From: Lingula anatina
Taxonomy: Eukaryota; Animalia; Brachiopoda
NCBI GenBank assembly: GCA_051362555.1
Contig: CM120640.1
Span: 53,608,788 to 53,672,787 of the forward strand
Length of the DNA stretch: 64,000 nt
Reading direction: 5' to 3'
Positions 13,304 through 27,418 of this stretch are shown here, in pieces. The first letter of the stretch is position 1; every line of letters begins with the position of its first letter. Both the position numbers and the translations under genes were made by a program. The notes beneath the pieces were generated by a model, which did not search any database, was not told the origin of the DNA, and saw only the letters and a program-made list of their open reading frames with translations.

Positions 13304-15429
13304 AGATACACATTGCCTATAAACATATTGGGAAAAACTTTGTGGACATGTGCACTTGTGAACCTAATGTCAGACTAATATTCACACAACTCCTAGGATT
13401 CTGACCTTTAAATCAGAAATCAGGAATACAATAAAATTGCATGACTGTTTCATCAAAGAGTAAGAATACATATATTTATACAGGTCATCTTTCTGTGTTA
13501 TAAGTTTGGAGTTTATATATATTTCTTAAGCCATAAGACCATGAGAGTAATATCCAGATATATCCAAATAGCTATGTAAAAAAGAACTTCCCCTAACTCA
13601 AATCACATGTCATTATTTAGGAAATTCAAAAAGAGTAGTGCAGTCAATGTAACTATTGTCTTTTAATTTTTTATCATAAAATATATAATATATAATATCA
13701 GTTTTATTAGGTATATCATCTGCAACACATATATACACACACACATACACACAAGCACACTATGTGTGCGTGTGTGTTTGTGTGTTTAGAGAGAGACCTG
13801 ACAAATATAACACTGTGATATTTAGAGCTCATGAGCTGTTAAATTATTATCATTATAATCATAACCATCATTATCATTAGTGTTATTAATTTCAATGTCT
13901 TGAAATTAATACACAAAATACATCTTTTACTGTGCTTAAGAAACAGCAGATAAAGACTAAGGTCTGGTAAGTATGGAACCTCCAACTTCATACAAAAATG
14001 AGTCAATATCTTGGCAAATCAATAATCTTAATTTTAATCTGATATTGCCTCAAGGTTTACAGAGGCTATGGCCTTGCTACATACATGCATGGATGCAATA
14101 TAAGCACAGGTATATTTCCATTCAGTTCAACATTTTTAAGAGCATGCCCTCTACCCTATACTATCAAGAGCCTTGCAGAAATCTATGATCTATGAAGCAA
14201 ATATTTAAAGTACAGATCTTATCCAGGATACAGGTGATTGAGTTGTTTATGATTTACATATTATTTGCTGTTTATGCTTATTCTTTATCTAAATCCTGCT
14301 TGTGCTCTACTTAAAGATTGCGTTTTTTTTTCCAGGGTTAACAGTCAGTGGTTTAAAAGTTATGTTAAAAGTTTTCCTAAACATAAGGTAATGCACATCC
14401 AACTTTAATTTCAGTCACCTTTTAATTGACTGACATGCCTTTATTCCCACAGTAAGGGGTGAGAACTTCAGCTTTGTATCTATTTATATAATCTTTCTTC
14501 ATTTCCACTTATGCTCCTAACAAGATGTTTTATTTTTCAAGGTTTAATTGCAATTTTTATCTCTTTGATTGTTTTAGGAAAATCCTCACATATAACTTTA
14601 TTTCCATCTGGTGAGCACACCTTAACTGGCAATAGTTTTTACAAAGCAGTATCATGTGTACTTTTAAACTACAATTCTTAAATAAAAACACCAATTTTTT
14701 CATTTGGAAATTTCAAAGGCATTCCTAAATTAAATAATTTTATACCAAGAGTCCTTGCCATTCTAAGGAATATATTCACCATAATATATTCATTGGTTTC
14801 TAATGCATTTCTGCCAAATATGGATCACAAAATTAATGTATCTTAAGTTTCCTTTAATATATTAACCTCTTTCTATTTGCAGCAGGAAATGATATTAACA
14901 CAAAGATTGACATTACTTAATGAGAACCTCTCAAAATAATTACACTTTGGAATATGCTTTGATTTGATCAATTATAGGGACCTCTCTCCTTATTAACAGG
15001 TATCTCCTGCAGTTCATAACACTGTGCCTTGAAGTTGAAATAATTGGTATATCCTGCTATAACAATATAAAGAATTTATTCTGCATTAGCAGGATATGCC
15101 AAATCAATACCCATGCATAATTGGAACTCAATCTTCTAAAAAATACACCTCCACATTATTTTTGTATGATCTCATTGCTATAACAAATATGCCAAACATA
15201 ATACAAACAGAATATGAAGGTGAAGTGGATACTGGTTAACAGTATCACAATTAACGCTATATGGTGTTGATGGGTAGCCTTCACATATTCTGGCACTTCC
15301 TCACATTGTTAAGAGTAGCTCACCCTCAGAGATTCCATTCCTTGACATCTATGACAATGTCTGGGGTCAATATGTATAATTACTACTAATAATCTTCATA
15401 ATAACACTATAATTATATTAATAAAAAAA

Positions 15430-15968
15430 GCTTAATGTAAAAAAGAACATCCATGCCTCCCCCCCAAGACAGCCCAACTCCCATGCACACATGACTGGCT
15501 TAGCCACCTCCCTGATGATATGTCTTATCAACCATGAAAGTTTTTACTTCATCACTCTAATGGTCTAGGTGGAAAAAGCAGTAATTACAATGTTAAAAAC
15601 ATTGGGATCATCCACCCCCCAGAGGCAGCCTACCTCCTGGCAAACTAAAATCCCTAAGTGCCTATGCACATCTCTTATGATAGGATTATCAATTCCCAAA
15701 ATTTGAACTTTCTTACTCTAGTGGGGTAGGAGGAGCTAGGAAAAATTACAATTGGAAAAGATATTCGAATCATCCGCCCCCAGGGACAACCCAAACCCCC
15801 AGGCACAATAAAATTCTGAAGTATCCATGCACATCCCTAATGACAGGTCTATCAATACCCAAAGTTTGAACTTCCTCACTCTAATGGTCTACGATGGGTT
15901 AGCACAGGCGCACAGACAAGCAGGAAAACATGATCCCTGACTTTTGTCAAAAAAGTATAGGGATAAAA
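15430..15968 (-). mobile_element. Helentron-associated (HINE/DINE-1/pearl-like) element with internal tandem repeats of about 150 bp
   Basis: Reverse-orientation homologue of 52482-53510. It has three repeat units (…gataggtctatcaat…aacttcctcactctaatggtcta…), a gcacagac microsatellite-like patch and a gggataaaa end. Confidence 0.65.
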
Positions 15969-18141
15969 TTTACTTTCTTATCAATAAGATAAAAGTGCAC
16001 CTGCAGAAAAATCATCTCCCTTTTTTAACTTATTTATTTTATCCACCTTTAACATGTGCTTAAAATAGCTATTTTATTATTGAGCTATCCCATAGGCAAC
16101 TGGCATTTCTGATGTATCTGCATTTGACAGGCCCAGCAGTGGGAATTCTGATTGGAATGCTTGAAAAGCCAAAATCATATTGAGAGACAAATTAAAGTGT
16201 CATAAAGTGGATAATTGTTCAAAACAATTCTATGAAGTCATATGTAAGCTACAGCATTAATTCATTTTCTAGCAAACAAGTCAAATCCATATACTCTTTC
16301 CAAAACAAATTTTGGTAAATAATTAGTCATTTCACCAAAGTAACAAGAAGACCAATTCACAATTGTCACAGTTACTTTGTTTTCAAGTTTTTTCAATCTT
16401 ATGATGATAATCAAAGGTATCCTATCTGAGATTTTTGTGCCAAATCAAATTTTCTTTCACAAAAAAGCAATTTTCTCCTAATCACTGTTCATCGTGTGCC
16501 CTGTCCATGCACTTGGATTTGACATTTTATACCATTTCTAATTGAATAATTTAGTTCTATAAGTCTGGCCAGATACTGAAACCATCATACTGCAATTGGA
16601 ATTACCTAATTTTCTCTTGGTAAAAAAGAAAATGGACAAAAAGTTTTGAAAATTGTCTTGTTTTGTGTATTATATAGACAATTTTATTTCTTGCATAAAC
16701 TCAAGAGGCACCAAGGCTTGGACCTTGTGAGGTACAGAAGGAAATAACATCATGTATATCAGATTAAACTTTAATTTGAGTTTTTTTATTATTATTTTGG
16801 CCTTGGCTTGGGAAAGATTAGAAGCTTTGCATAATAAAAATAAAACTCTGGGACATTTTCAAAAACATGCACAATAAGCATTAAAAAGTTTCTATAGTTT
16901 GAACATTTCAGTAGGTTTTCCAGTGAATTTTGGAATGCTAGCTTCAGGGTTTTCTTTTTTAATTTCATCAATGGGTCCATAAAACTGTGCTTAGTATCAA
17001 ACACATTAAAACATATCACCTTATGTTATCAGTGAGGTTGGTATTTTTTCTTTTTGCCTTCAACAAGTTGTCAATTGTACACATTCTTACCATGTTCAAA
17101 AATTTAGATTTTATTAAATATTTCACCCACACTTTACTCAATGGAATATTCACAGATTGTCAAACTTTTGATGTTTAAGTCTGGTAGAAAGTATTATCAA
17201 CTTTAAGGTGAAGCAGGGTTCTAAAAAGTCATCATATTTGGTTTCCAAAAAAAAAACAAAAAACTTCACAACAACAAGTCATATAATTAGTCTTAACAAT
17301 ATATACTGCAGATTTTGGTATCTGTAAAGAGTCTGTGTGAGCAATTATCTTTTCCACAGTTACTTAAATTAGCTAGACTTACATGAACACTTGAACACTT
17401 TCTAATCGGTTTCTGGTTTGGGTAATCTGTTTGGGTAGCTTATGCGAGCCATGGAATGGTTATAAAACTACAAAACAAGTTCCTCAGCTACATACATGAT
17501 ACCACCAGGCATGGTCAATATGGATGTGTGTGTGAGAGAGAGAGAGAGAGAGAAAAGTGCATGTACCCATTCATTTCTGAGTAAATAACATACAAAATGC
17601 ATGGAGAAAGTAGAAGGCACCACCATCGGGAACCTTTTTGTTGAAGATCAAAATAAATTCAGCAACTTAATGTAAGATAATACAATTTTGTGGACCTTCT
17701 GGGAGAGAGCCACAACCACTGATCTATTCCACAAGTAAACCCCATTCACATATCTAATTAGTGCATTGAGATTTGTAACAGCACGCAAATTGCAAAAATT
17801 TTCTGAAATTCATCTCACACACATTGAACAACTTAGAGGCTTTTCTTTCCCTAAAGTATGGCAAATGTGGTTTACCAACATAATTAGGGCATTTTGACAA
17901 ACTTAGAACAATCTTAATAAATATAATAATTATTGCATGAGACTATTTATAGGCATACGATTTGTCATATTAATCAGTGCTTAAAACTTTTTTGTCCTTA
18001 TGTCACATCTTTACTTATCTTAAGAAGGCTTTTCAGCTTAATTGAAAATCTTGTACCAAAGTTAATAACAACTTATAAATCATGCCAGAGCTAGTTTCCT
18101 CTAGGTATGATTAAGAAGGCACATTCAGAGCTACACTAACT

Positions 18142-18349
18142 TAAGCCAGGTATGGTTGTAATGGCACCACCAAACCACTATATTGAACAGGGGACATAAA
18201 ATTTAAGTTCTAAACTGTAATAGCAGTCTATATGTTATCTATTCATAAGCCAGGTATGGTTGAAATTGCAACACCAAACCCCTACATTGAACAGGGGACT
18301 TGAAATTTAAGTTCTAAATTGTAAAAGGAGTCTATATGTTATCTATTTA
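18142..18349. repeat. Tandem duplication of about 104 bp
   Basis: taagccaggtatggttg…gtctatatgttatctatt occurs twice at roughly 88% identity by eye. Confidence 0.9.
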
Positions 18350-18405
18350 TCTGGGTAAAGGTACTTCCAGTTCTAAATGTGCCTTATGAATTTACATATA
18401 CCCAC

Positions 18406-18652
18406 ATTTCATATCAAAGAGATCGACCCTTCCCCCAAGCTTGTGGAAGTAGCCCATGTAGACCAAGATTCTGGCTGCATGGTACTTGACGTAGCAGGCA
18501 TACTTGGTGCTGTGGTTAGTATAATACCATTCATCAGAGGGAAGGAGAAGCTGCATCAGCACGTCAGCTATGTCTGCCTCAGCGAGGGCTTGATGGTAAG
18601 AAGGGTTCAATGCTATGGTGGCCAAGGCCTGTAGTATGAGGCAAAGGAGATG
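18406..18652 (-). CDS. Fifth coding exon (ARM-like repeat)
   Basis: Acceptor ttgtttcatttcag|CAT and donor AAAT|GTGGGT (phase 1); 247 bp reading HLLCLILQALATIALNPSYHQALAEADIADVLMQLLLPSDEWYYTNHSTKYACYVKYHAARILVYMG…. Confidence 0.88.
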
Positions 18653-21404
18653 CTGAAATGAAACAAAATCATTTGTAATTGATTTTAGTGCACAGTTGCA
18701 TACATTGTTGTCTTAATAAGTGAGGGAACTACGAGGAACATAATTAACTCACACATCTGATCAACTATCATAAAAACCAGACCTGAAAATGCATTAACAT
18801 TCCTAAATTGCTGAATTTCTAGATAAAACACAAGAAAGACATTCTTGACGCAGGTGTTTCTATGTGACGAATGACTGTTATGTTGAGGGACCGCTCTAAC
18901 AAATGTTGACTTTGATGAAATAGGTGTATAGACAGAGCACAAGGACAGAATGACTTTAAAAAAGACATTTTGTCTCATGTAAAATTAAAATTATCATGAA
19001 ATTACACCTTAGTAAATCAAGCAATAGGGGCTAGAGATAAGCCGTAGCAACATTAGCAAATGGTACACAAAATTGTGAAACTGGGCCAAAATGCTACCAT
19101 CTTGAAATTTTGGTAGCAATACCTTGTTACCTGGTAATGTACTATAGGTGTTACCTACAATAAAATCCAGTCCCTGGCACTTACTCTGAAGTGCCGAATA
19201 ATAGTGCCTACCAGAATAATTGTGCCCCCCAGAAAACTTTCCGAAATTAAAAATAATGCCTAGCAGAATAATTGTGCCCCCTGGAAAAATTCCCGATATT
19301 TAATAAGAGTGCCTAGCGGAATAACTGGCTACAAGCAACATTGTGTCATGTGTCAGCATCCTAAAATGGTGTACTGACCTTATAAAGAAGGAGCGTGTCT
19401 CTTCATAGCTAACCCTTCAGGATACCCAACCCTGTGCCTTCAAAATAGTGGACATTCCTCATAGCAAAACCCCAAATTTTCAGAGGTAAAAACAAACATT
19501 CAAAGCAATTTTCTGCATTTTTTGCAATAATCCCCCCCCCCCCAATTTTAAAAACATTTTTTTACAAGAAATATGCCACCTTTGCGACAGTATAAAATAA
19601 CCAAAAAAAAAAAGAGTTGAAACATACAGATGGAGATTAACAGCATTAATATTATACCTTATGATACGTATTTGACCCAAATATGACTGTTTTTTCTGCT
19701 ACAACAATTGAGCATCCACATTGCAATTCTCACACTTATCACATCTGTACACTAATACACTGATCATACTTGAAAACCAGATCATACTACAAAAATACAG
19801 GTAATTGTATTTCCTAAATATGACTAAGTAGATGAAAAAAAGATACAACTGCAATTGAACATAAGAGCATCGCCAACTTCAGTTCCATGGCAAGGTTTTT
19901 ACCTATCCCTTTATTTTCCAGTGGGGTATTCCTGCGCATCACTCCACCAGTTATTTAAATACCCTGGCATAATTTTGATTAAAAATGCATCATAAGATAC
20001 CCTGAGTGAACAAACAGGACATTCAATTTAGTGCTTTAGGTATTGGGATTTTTTATAAAATTAAACAAAATTGCCAATGCCTACTTATGGTGAGAAAAAT
20101 CCTAGCTTCAAGCATTTTAGATTCAATTCAATTAGTGTCTGTCATATCAACAGGGGAGAAAGTATAAAAAATACATTAGTTTAGAACTGCATGTCTTTCT
20201 GATCTTTTGTGTTGCTATTAATAAAATCAGTCAGAATCCTCATAAATTTAACAGGTAAGAAACATATGTGTCTCTCTTTAAAAAAAACATTCCACATCTT
20301 GGCATGTTTGGTAAAGCAAACTAAATATTGGATGGTGATGTTAACCTTTAGGTGTATGTAATGGCACCGACAAGACTTGTAGGTATGAGGTATATTTTAT
20401 GGTTATGATGGAATTCATACAGGGTTATATTCTGTCTGCATTTTGTAAGTTCACATCACCTCAATCCTTCTTTCACAGAAACAGGCAGCACTTAAAAGAA
20501 GCAAAAATTGTCACAACATTTGAAACCCAACAAGTCCATGTCACCCGGCAACAAAGTGACACACATGCTACATGTACCTGAAAACATTAACTTAGTCAGG
20601 TGGAGAGACAAAAAATGAAATGCTTATAGTTTTATCCTATGAGATTTTGATAAATTATGTTAAGTATGAAAACTAATATATTAACTTGCATTCTCATCTA
20701 TCATTTATTGTACAATGGTTTTAATAACTTAAGTGCTTTGAGTAGCAATGTAACTAGATTCGGTAAAAGTCAATTACTGCAGATGTATGCCTTTTTTTCA
20801 ATAAAAAAAATGTCAAAAGTTTGTACATATGACAATTATATGACATTCCCTTAAGTTATATGCTTGACAGAGATTCTTTTAAACACATGAACACACATTC
20901 TAGACTCATCTTTAGCATGCACACATTTTGAAATAGCTGTGTGTTTGAGAAAAAACATACCTGAACCTGAACTTAAATGATTATACAAACTGAAATCTAC
21001 AGACGTGTCTTTCTTGTCTGCTAGAGGAAATTGGATTGGTTTGATAATGACACCAAGGTCCTGTACAAAACCAGGCTAAGAAAAATGTTTTATACCTAAC
21101 TTCAAGATGTATATGCTTTAATGCACCCCTCTGCCTCCCTACCCCAATGAAATCCCTTCTAGGGAGTAGTCCAACCATGACTACATGGGAAAGTGGATGA
21201 TAAAGGTATAATATGCAATCAAAGTACATATTCTCAAGACTTTCTGCTCAACCTGTTTTTGTGAAAACTATCCTGAACACATTCTAGCAACATGCAATTC
21301 TGGTATTTGGTACTAATGCAGATGTTTATACTATACTATATACTTCTAGTCCAAAAGCACTGCTTGTTTTAAAAGCCTCACTCTGTAGACCAGATATAAA
21401 CCTA

Positions 21405-22088
21405 AAACTAGAGGAACAGAGAGGCGATACCACCTCCGGGTATTGTACCATCAGCTGGAGTAAGCACATTCGTATGGCAAAGCAAAAAAAGGGCCACCAC
21501 ATTCAGTGTTGTGCTTGACAAGCTCTACAAAATTCAGTTAACAAAAGTTCTCAATATTTCTGTTTACCATTTAAAACAAAATCACGAGTAAATATAGTTT
21601 TATTCCAAATTTGTGAAATGCAGTTCATGGCGAAAAGTAGGTCAAAGGTCAATTTCAAAATCACAGTTCGATTGCCAGTATATGACTGCCTATTCAAGTT
21701 TAATAGTAACTATGGGGATATCTCTGCTAGTTTTGGAGATATAACGGATAGAAAAGTTCAGTTCGTGGTGAATAGTAGGTCAAAGGTCAATTTCAAAATC
21801 ACAGTTAGATTGCCAGTATTCTTATTTATCTTCCTATTCAAGTTCAATAGTAACTATGGGCCAATCTCTGCCAGTTTTGGAGATATAAGGGACAGAATCC
21901 TTGCAAAGTTCGAACTGATCAGTTCATGGTGAAAAGTAGGACAAAGGTCAGTTTCAAGGTCAAAGTTAAATTGCCAGTATTCAAATTCTTATCCAACTTC
22001 AATAGTAACTATGGGCTCATATCTGCCAGCTTTGAAGATATAAGAGACTTAAATGTTGCAAAGTTAAGTTCATGATGAAAAGAAGGTC
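21405..22088. mobile_element. Helentron-like element carrying a tandem array of 140-160 bp units (truncated)
   Basis: It has an aaaactagag end and at least three units of gttcatggtgaaaagtaggtcaaaggtcaatttcaa…ttcaatagtaactatggg…ttttggagatataa between 21620 and 22088. Confidence 0.6.
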
Positions 22089-22098
22089 CCAGATCCCT

Positions 22099-22363
22099 AA
22101 GTCTGAAACTTCATGTGTGTACGACAGAAACCAAGGGTGCATTCCCAGAGATTTAGATCGATCCAGAGATTTAGATATAGATCGACCTAACTCCCTGGGG
22201 GTTCACACTAAATTGCAGTCAGCCGAGCGCGCACGACAGTTAATTACCCCTTTACAGCTTTTAGTAGGCGGGACAAATGCTTAAACCGGCTAAGCTGACA
22301 GTAATCTAGTGAGACTCCCCACAGGGATAGATCGATCTAAAATCAATGGAAATGGGGTCTAAG
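22099..22363 (+). mobile_element. Dispersed repeat (Harbinger-like MITE family B plus about 35 bp of shared flank), copy 1
   Basis: Direct repeat of about 265 bp matching 30292-30557; internal TIRs cattcccagagatttagatcgatc / gatcgatctaaaatcaatggaaatg. Confidence 0.8.
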
Positions 22364-23742
22364 TCAACAACAAGGCTAGGTTAACCAGACACTGCTTCAT
22401 GAAACAATCTATCTCAAGAAACTCCATGATGTGTTTTTTTACATACATGTGTATCTCTTATCGCTCTCATCTCATAAGGATTCAGTGCTGGATGTTTGCG
22501 CGCTGCCTGCACGCCCAATTTAATTATGTTCAATTATATAATTACCTCATCGGGATCTCCTTTTGATCTCAGGTCTATCCCAACAATTAGGTTTTCTTAT
22601 ATAATGACTTTAATTTCATTGGTGAGTTTGTAATCAGTACATGATAGTCTGCAGGAAATTTGGTAATTTTATCAGTAACTGTCGCAATAAACAACATGTT
22701 GCTGCTGACTGGCTGATTTTTATTGGCAGGTTTGTTATGCAAAGTCTTAAAAAAACTGAATTTTTCATAATGTGTTGACATATATATATATATATACTAA
22801 TACTGAGTATGACTGAACAACCAGTTGCAATCATTTGTGGGGAATTCAGTCATAAATGTGTTCCTTTCTATGAAAATTTTATTAGTAAATCATAGGCCTT
22901 CTAAGTAAAATTGCAGTTTGTGATCTCCATCAGTGGGATTGTGATTGCTAACACTGAATTAATGACTTAAACCCCAATTTTATGGCATTAACATAAAAAA
23001 TACATGTTGCAGCTATCATATTTTATGAAGCTTTAAGCTGGCAGTACTGATCATTATCAGTGGGCTATAGCTAGTTGAACAAAACACTGTACACGAAAGA
23101 TAATGTGTAGTCCAACTGAAAAAAGAGACTTGTTTGAGGGGAATTATTAAAAATGGACAGGAAAACCAATATGGTGGAAAAGATGATGATTTTAAATAAA
23201 CATGGCAATAAAAATAAGTCAAGTAAAACAACAGGTAAAGTTTTGCCCTTCACAGCCGTTCAAAAGGAAAAAGGCTCTTTCCTATCCTGTTAGATTCATT
23301 GGTCCTAGTTCAAAATGGCAAAATCTGGACACACTTCTCTAACACTCCTTGCTTTTAATATATCATATCTCTTCAATATTGGTGTACACATGCAGGTAGC
23401 AAAGAACAGTTTGGTCAATTTTATAGTGAAGTATGGCGAAACTGAAGTGAAGTATGGCGAAACTGACCAAAAGTAAGGTACTAGTACTACTGCTATTGGT
23501 ATTCACTGTTGCTCCCATATCTTGACTCTTTTCCAAGAAATTAGCACCAAATATGCCGATCTTTTTCAAAGATACAATGAAAAAGAACCAAACATCAATG
23601 AGAAAAGCCACTTTTTAAAAATTTTTACAAAAAAAGCATCCGCTGCCATCTATATAAGTAATACTGATTGCAACAAACAAACAAACAAAAACACTTAATG
23701 AAAAAAAACTGTTAATGGTGTGGTAATTTTTCCCTAACTCAC

Positions 23743-24492
23743 CGGGTCATGGTTGGGATCCAGCCCTTCCACAAGAGATTTAAGATGGCCATCAGTAACA
23801 ACCTTGTGCTGTACATAAGGACCATGACACATGAGAGCAAGTACACGGGCACTGAGAATCTGCAAACAATGGTGTGTGCAGTGGCGCCATCGTGTGCTCG
23901 GTGTACATTTCTGACGGGCCCCAACGATTCGTTTGTGCATTGTGATGGAATTGTGCAGGACACTAAGCACAGGGCCTGGATCACAATGAAGAAGAATTTC
24001 CAGTGGAGTTCTAGCACCCAAGAGATGGTCTTCATTTTCCTCCTCAAATTCGTCTTCCTCCTCCCCACCTAATTTGCCCTCTTTGAACTTACACTTGGAG
24101 TGCTCAACTTTTTCCAAATGGGGAGCATCTCGCTCTCGACATTTGTAATGCATTTTCTTACACTCTCCTGCAAGTTTGTGTTTTGAGCACTTCCCTTCTT
24201 TTTTCTTGCTGCTTCCTTCTGGCAGGAGAACATCCCCATCTTGAAGGGTCCCAAGGAAATTTAATTCCTTATTCTCATCCTGAAAGTAAAGGGATCCAAT
24301 TCCATGCTGATCATACGAGCCGCTTACAATACATATGTCAATAATCCTATTGATGGCATTGAGTGCAGTGAAGTGGAGGGGTTGCTTGCCTTTCAGCAGT
24401 TGTATTGATGTAGTCAGCAAAGTGGACAGGTGAAGCAGGCAGGCACAGCGTTCTCTCTGGCCACCAACATTCTGCAAGTCTTCATAGCAAGT
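23743..24492 (-). CDS. Fourth coding exon (ARM-like helices with a charged insert)
   Basis: Acceptor ttatctttacag|ACT and donor CCG|GTGAGT; 750 bp, phase 0/0, within the 257-aa ORF (…HCTHHCLQILSARVLALMCHG…LVEGLDPNHDP). Confidence 0.9.
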
Positions 24493-24558
24493 CTGTAAAG
24501 ATAACAAAAATCATTATCTTTTCAACTATTATACACACATTTCCACAATTAATATATA

Positions 24559-24562
<4 letters not shown>

Positions 24563-24594
<32 letters not shown>

Positions 24595-24603
24595 GTGTGT
24601 GTG
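24563..24603. repeat. (GT)n microsatellite
   Basis: About 20 GT units with one interruption. Confidence 0.95.
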
Positions 24604-25074
24604 CATGTAGTGCCCTTCTAATTTCTAGGCTGTAAACTAGTTCATACCAGTACAAAATATTGAAAAAAAAACTCCAAAGCCTACAGAATATTTAGGGCCC
24701 ACTCACATCAGGTTTATTTAGATTGTCTTTGACTTGATGTAAATCAAAGGACTCCACCTCAAAGAACGCTGCAAATACAAGTACTAGTAAGGCGGGTGCA
24801 GAGTTCTCTGCCATTTCAATAAATACTTCAATCTGGGCTAACTTCAAATGAGACTAGAGAGTGGCTCACATAGTCACATAGCATTATTAATTAATAATGG
24901 CATTTATTTGCAACTAAAACAGTTAAACTGTACAGTAAAAAGTATATTAACAAAAATGTTACATGCATAATAAAATATATAAAAAGCATTCAAGAATTAA
25001 AAGTACAGCAAGGACATTTAAAATGTATTAAGAGTCCTATTCAAAAATCATATTAAAAGTGCATCAATTTTGTG

Positions 25075-25420
25075 ATGGTGCAATTTCAGGCCTACCCAAC
25101 TGCCAGACTTGGCACCAAATGATCCCGAATTCACCGGTAGATCGGACCACACTACCCATTTTCAAAGTGTGCGACAGTACGCATTTCACAGTATCATACC
25201 CTGGAACAAATTTTGAGATGAGATGCTCCACTTTCCAACCCTGCTGAGATTCATCACTATCACATCGCATACTAGGTAAGAGCGGTGTCGCGTCTCATAC
25301 TTCGAAGTGCGTACGGACCACACCTTGAAAACAGGTAGTGTGGTCTGACCTACCAGTGAATTCAGGATCATTCAGTGCCAAGTCTGGTATAGTTGGGTAG
25401 CTCTGAATTTTTAGTACACC
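25075..25420. mobile_element. MITE with imperfect TIRs of about 120 bp
   Basis: ctacccaactgccagacttggcacc…accacactacc…gtacgcattt is mirrored by aagtgcgtac…ggtagtgtggt…gtgccaagtctggtatagttgggtag. No TSD is evident. Confidence 0.75.
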
Positions 25421-25573
25421 ACAGAGTAGGATTTTTCAGTTGACTTCAGCAGCACAAGGGGATGATACTTAAAACACTATTGGGTCAGCATTTATCATAG
25501 TACCTGAGACTGATGTCAAAGCAGCTTTATCAGTAACAAATATATATACTAGTATGGAGGCTCAGAGTCTTAA

Positions 25574-25802
25574 GGCCTATTCCCCATGAAACTGTCATTC
25601 TAGGTAGATCAAACCAACTCCATGGAGACTCTCGCTGAACACAATCAAATTAAAAGATTAACATGCATCCTCCTGGCATTGAGTAATAAACAGAAAAACT
25701 GGTGATTGTACATTGGAAACAGAGGAGGCATGTCATTCAGTTAATCTGACTACAATCAGCCAGAATTCCTGTGAATTGGATCGATCTAAAAAAGAATGGG
25801 CT
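25574..25802. mobile_element. Diverged Harbinger-like MITE (family B)
   Basis: Starts taa|ggcctattccccatgaaa and carries the tagatc/gatcgatcta subterminal motifs also seen at 27164 and 50882. Confidence 0.5.
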
Positions 25803-27163
25803 TTCAATGCTAGTACAAAGAATCCTCCTAAGTTCCAATTTTATACTGTAAGTTTAGAATTCTGTTAGAATTCTTGTTTGTTTTGTATATTTCACTCAAA
25901 AGATCTAGCTGTTTGCATTTCGGCTGAGGTTGAATTTCAACTGTCCATTTTTGGATGATTCTTAATTTTGAATTTTATAGCCTGCCATTAAAAAGACATG
26001 TATTTCATCATTAGCTTATAACCTTGAAATCAATTAAACTGTGTATTATGGAAACTTAAAAAGTGAATTCCAACTTTGATCTATCTCCTAATTACATGTA
26101 TCATCAAATTAAAAAACATGATGTTTATTTTTATTATTATTATTATTATTATTATGCTGGAGTTTATCAAAATGGCAGATGATTTAGTATAAGTGTACAG
26201 CAGTTGATGTTACAGCAGCATTTGTTCAGAACACTTCAAACTGGCCATGCCTGGTCATTAATGGAGGTTCTAACTGACCAGAAGAACAGATATGAGTGAG
26301 ATACTTGTTCCTGTCTAATTATGACACATTAGAACCTTATCCTGCTTAAATTAGCTGTATTTGAGCATGCCACATAACAGAATGGAATTCCTGATGTTCA
26401 AGGCTTGCATGACTTCTAGCAAGAAAAGTTGAAAAGAAAATCCTGACATTTTCTAACTAAATTTGCACTTTCCATAACACAGACAAACAAAACACTTAAT
26501 AGCAATAAGTAACATGGAGATATACCTGTGATATGATATTACCAAGTGTTTTACAGGTGACAAGTACATAGTATCAATGTGATAATTAAGTGCTGCATGC
26601 AATTACTGCTATTACAAATACACAACCTCTTTCTAACCCAATTTCTAAATGAGTCCGTGCTAGTGACATTAAAACAAGGCTGGTGGTAATAATGCCATCT
26701 CTAAGTATCTATATATGCTCATAATGTTTTGTATCAAGTCACAAGAGACAATTTGTCCAGGTTTCCTTCAATGCTAGTGAGAGGCCATCTATCAGCTGAT
26801 TGGTTTTAGGGAAAACAGGAAATTAAACTAATGAGAAATTAAGGCCGTATTTCTTTTCCCACAATATGGATATCCCTGGATACAGTAAAACAACATAAAA
26901 ATTCTATTTTGTATCTCTATGGGCACAGATCAAAATGAAGATGAAAGGGATTCCTCACATTTTATAGAAAACAATATGTACAGTATAAAAGACTGAAACT
27001 GTTTACAAATAAAATATTTGGGAAGGTATATGTGGACTTCTGTCATTCACATTTCATTTGATTAAAATTATATTTACATTTGATTTGATTGAAAAGTAAT
27101 TCATTAAAAATGTGACCCATCAACAACAGATTATGTAAAAACTGAGAAATAAATCATAACTTA

Positions 27164-27418
27164 GGGAGTGTTCCCATAAACCCATTGTACTAGCTGGATC
27201 AATCTAACTCTGCAGGGATTCTTGCCGAATTGCATTCAGTGTAGGCGGCTTAAATATCTGGCATGCCTACTCATGCCTACGATAGTCAATTACGTACCCC
27301 CTAGTTGCTCAAGGGGGTGTGCCAGACAATTAAGCTGATTACACTGAAATCATTTAGCGAGAAGCCCCACCGAGTTAGATCGATCCAACAAGTAAGATGA
27401 ATTTATGGAGAAGCAGTC
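27164..27418. mobile_element. Harbinger/Tourist-like MITE (family B)
   Basis: Reads tta|gggagtgttcccataaa…tttatggagaagcagtc|tta, with internal inverted ggatcaatctaactc / gagttagatcgatcc. Confidence 0.65.

Noticed and set aside
19182-19330. Repeated aataattgtgccc/aataatagtgcc motifs resembling a Tc1/pogo-type MITE end
   Set aside because: I found no partner TIR or TSD; it is at most a fragment.
21620-22088. CRISPR-like periodicity
   Set aside because: The units are full-length tandem repeats without unique spacers, the context is eukaryotic and there are no cas genes.
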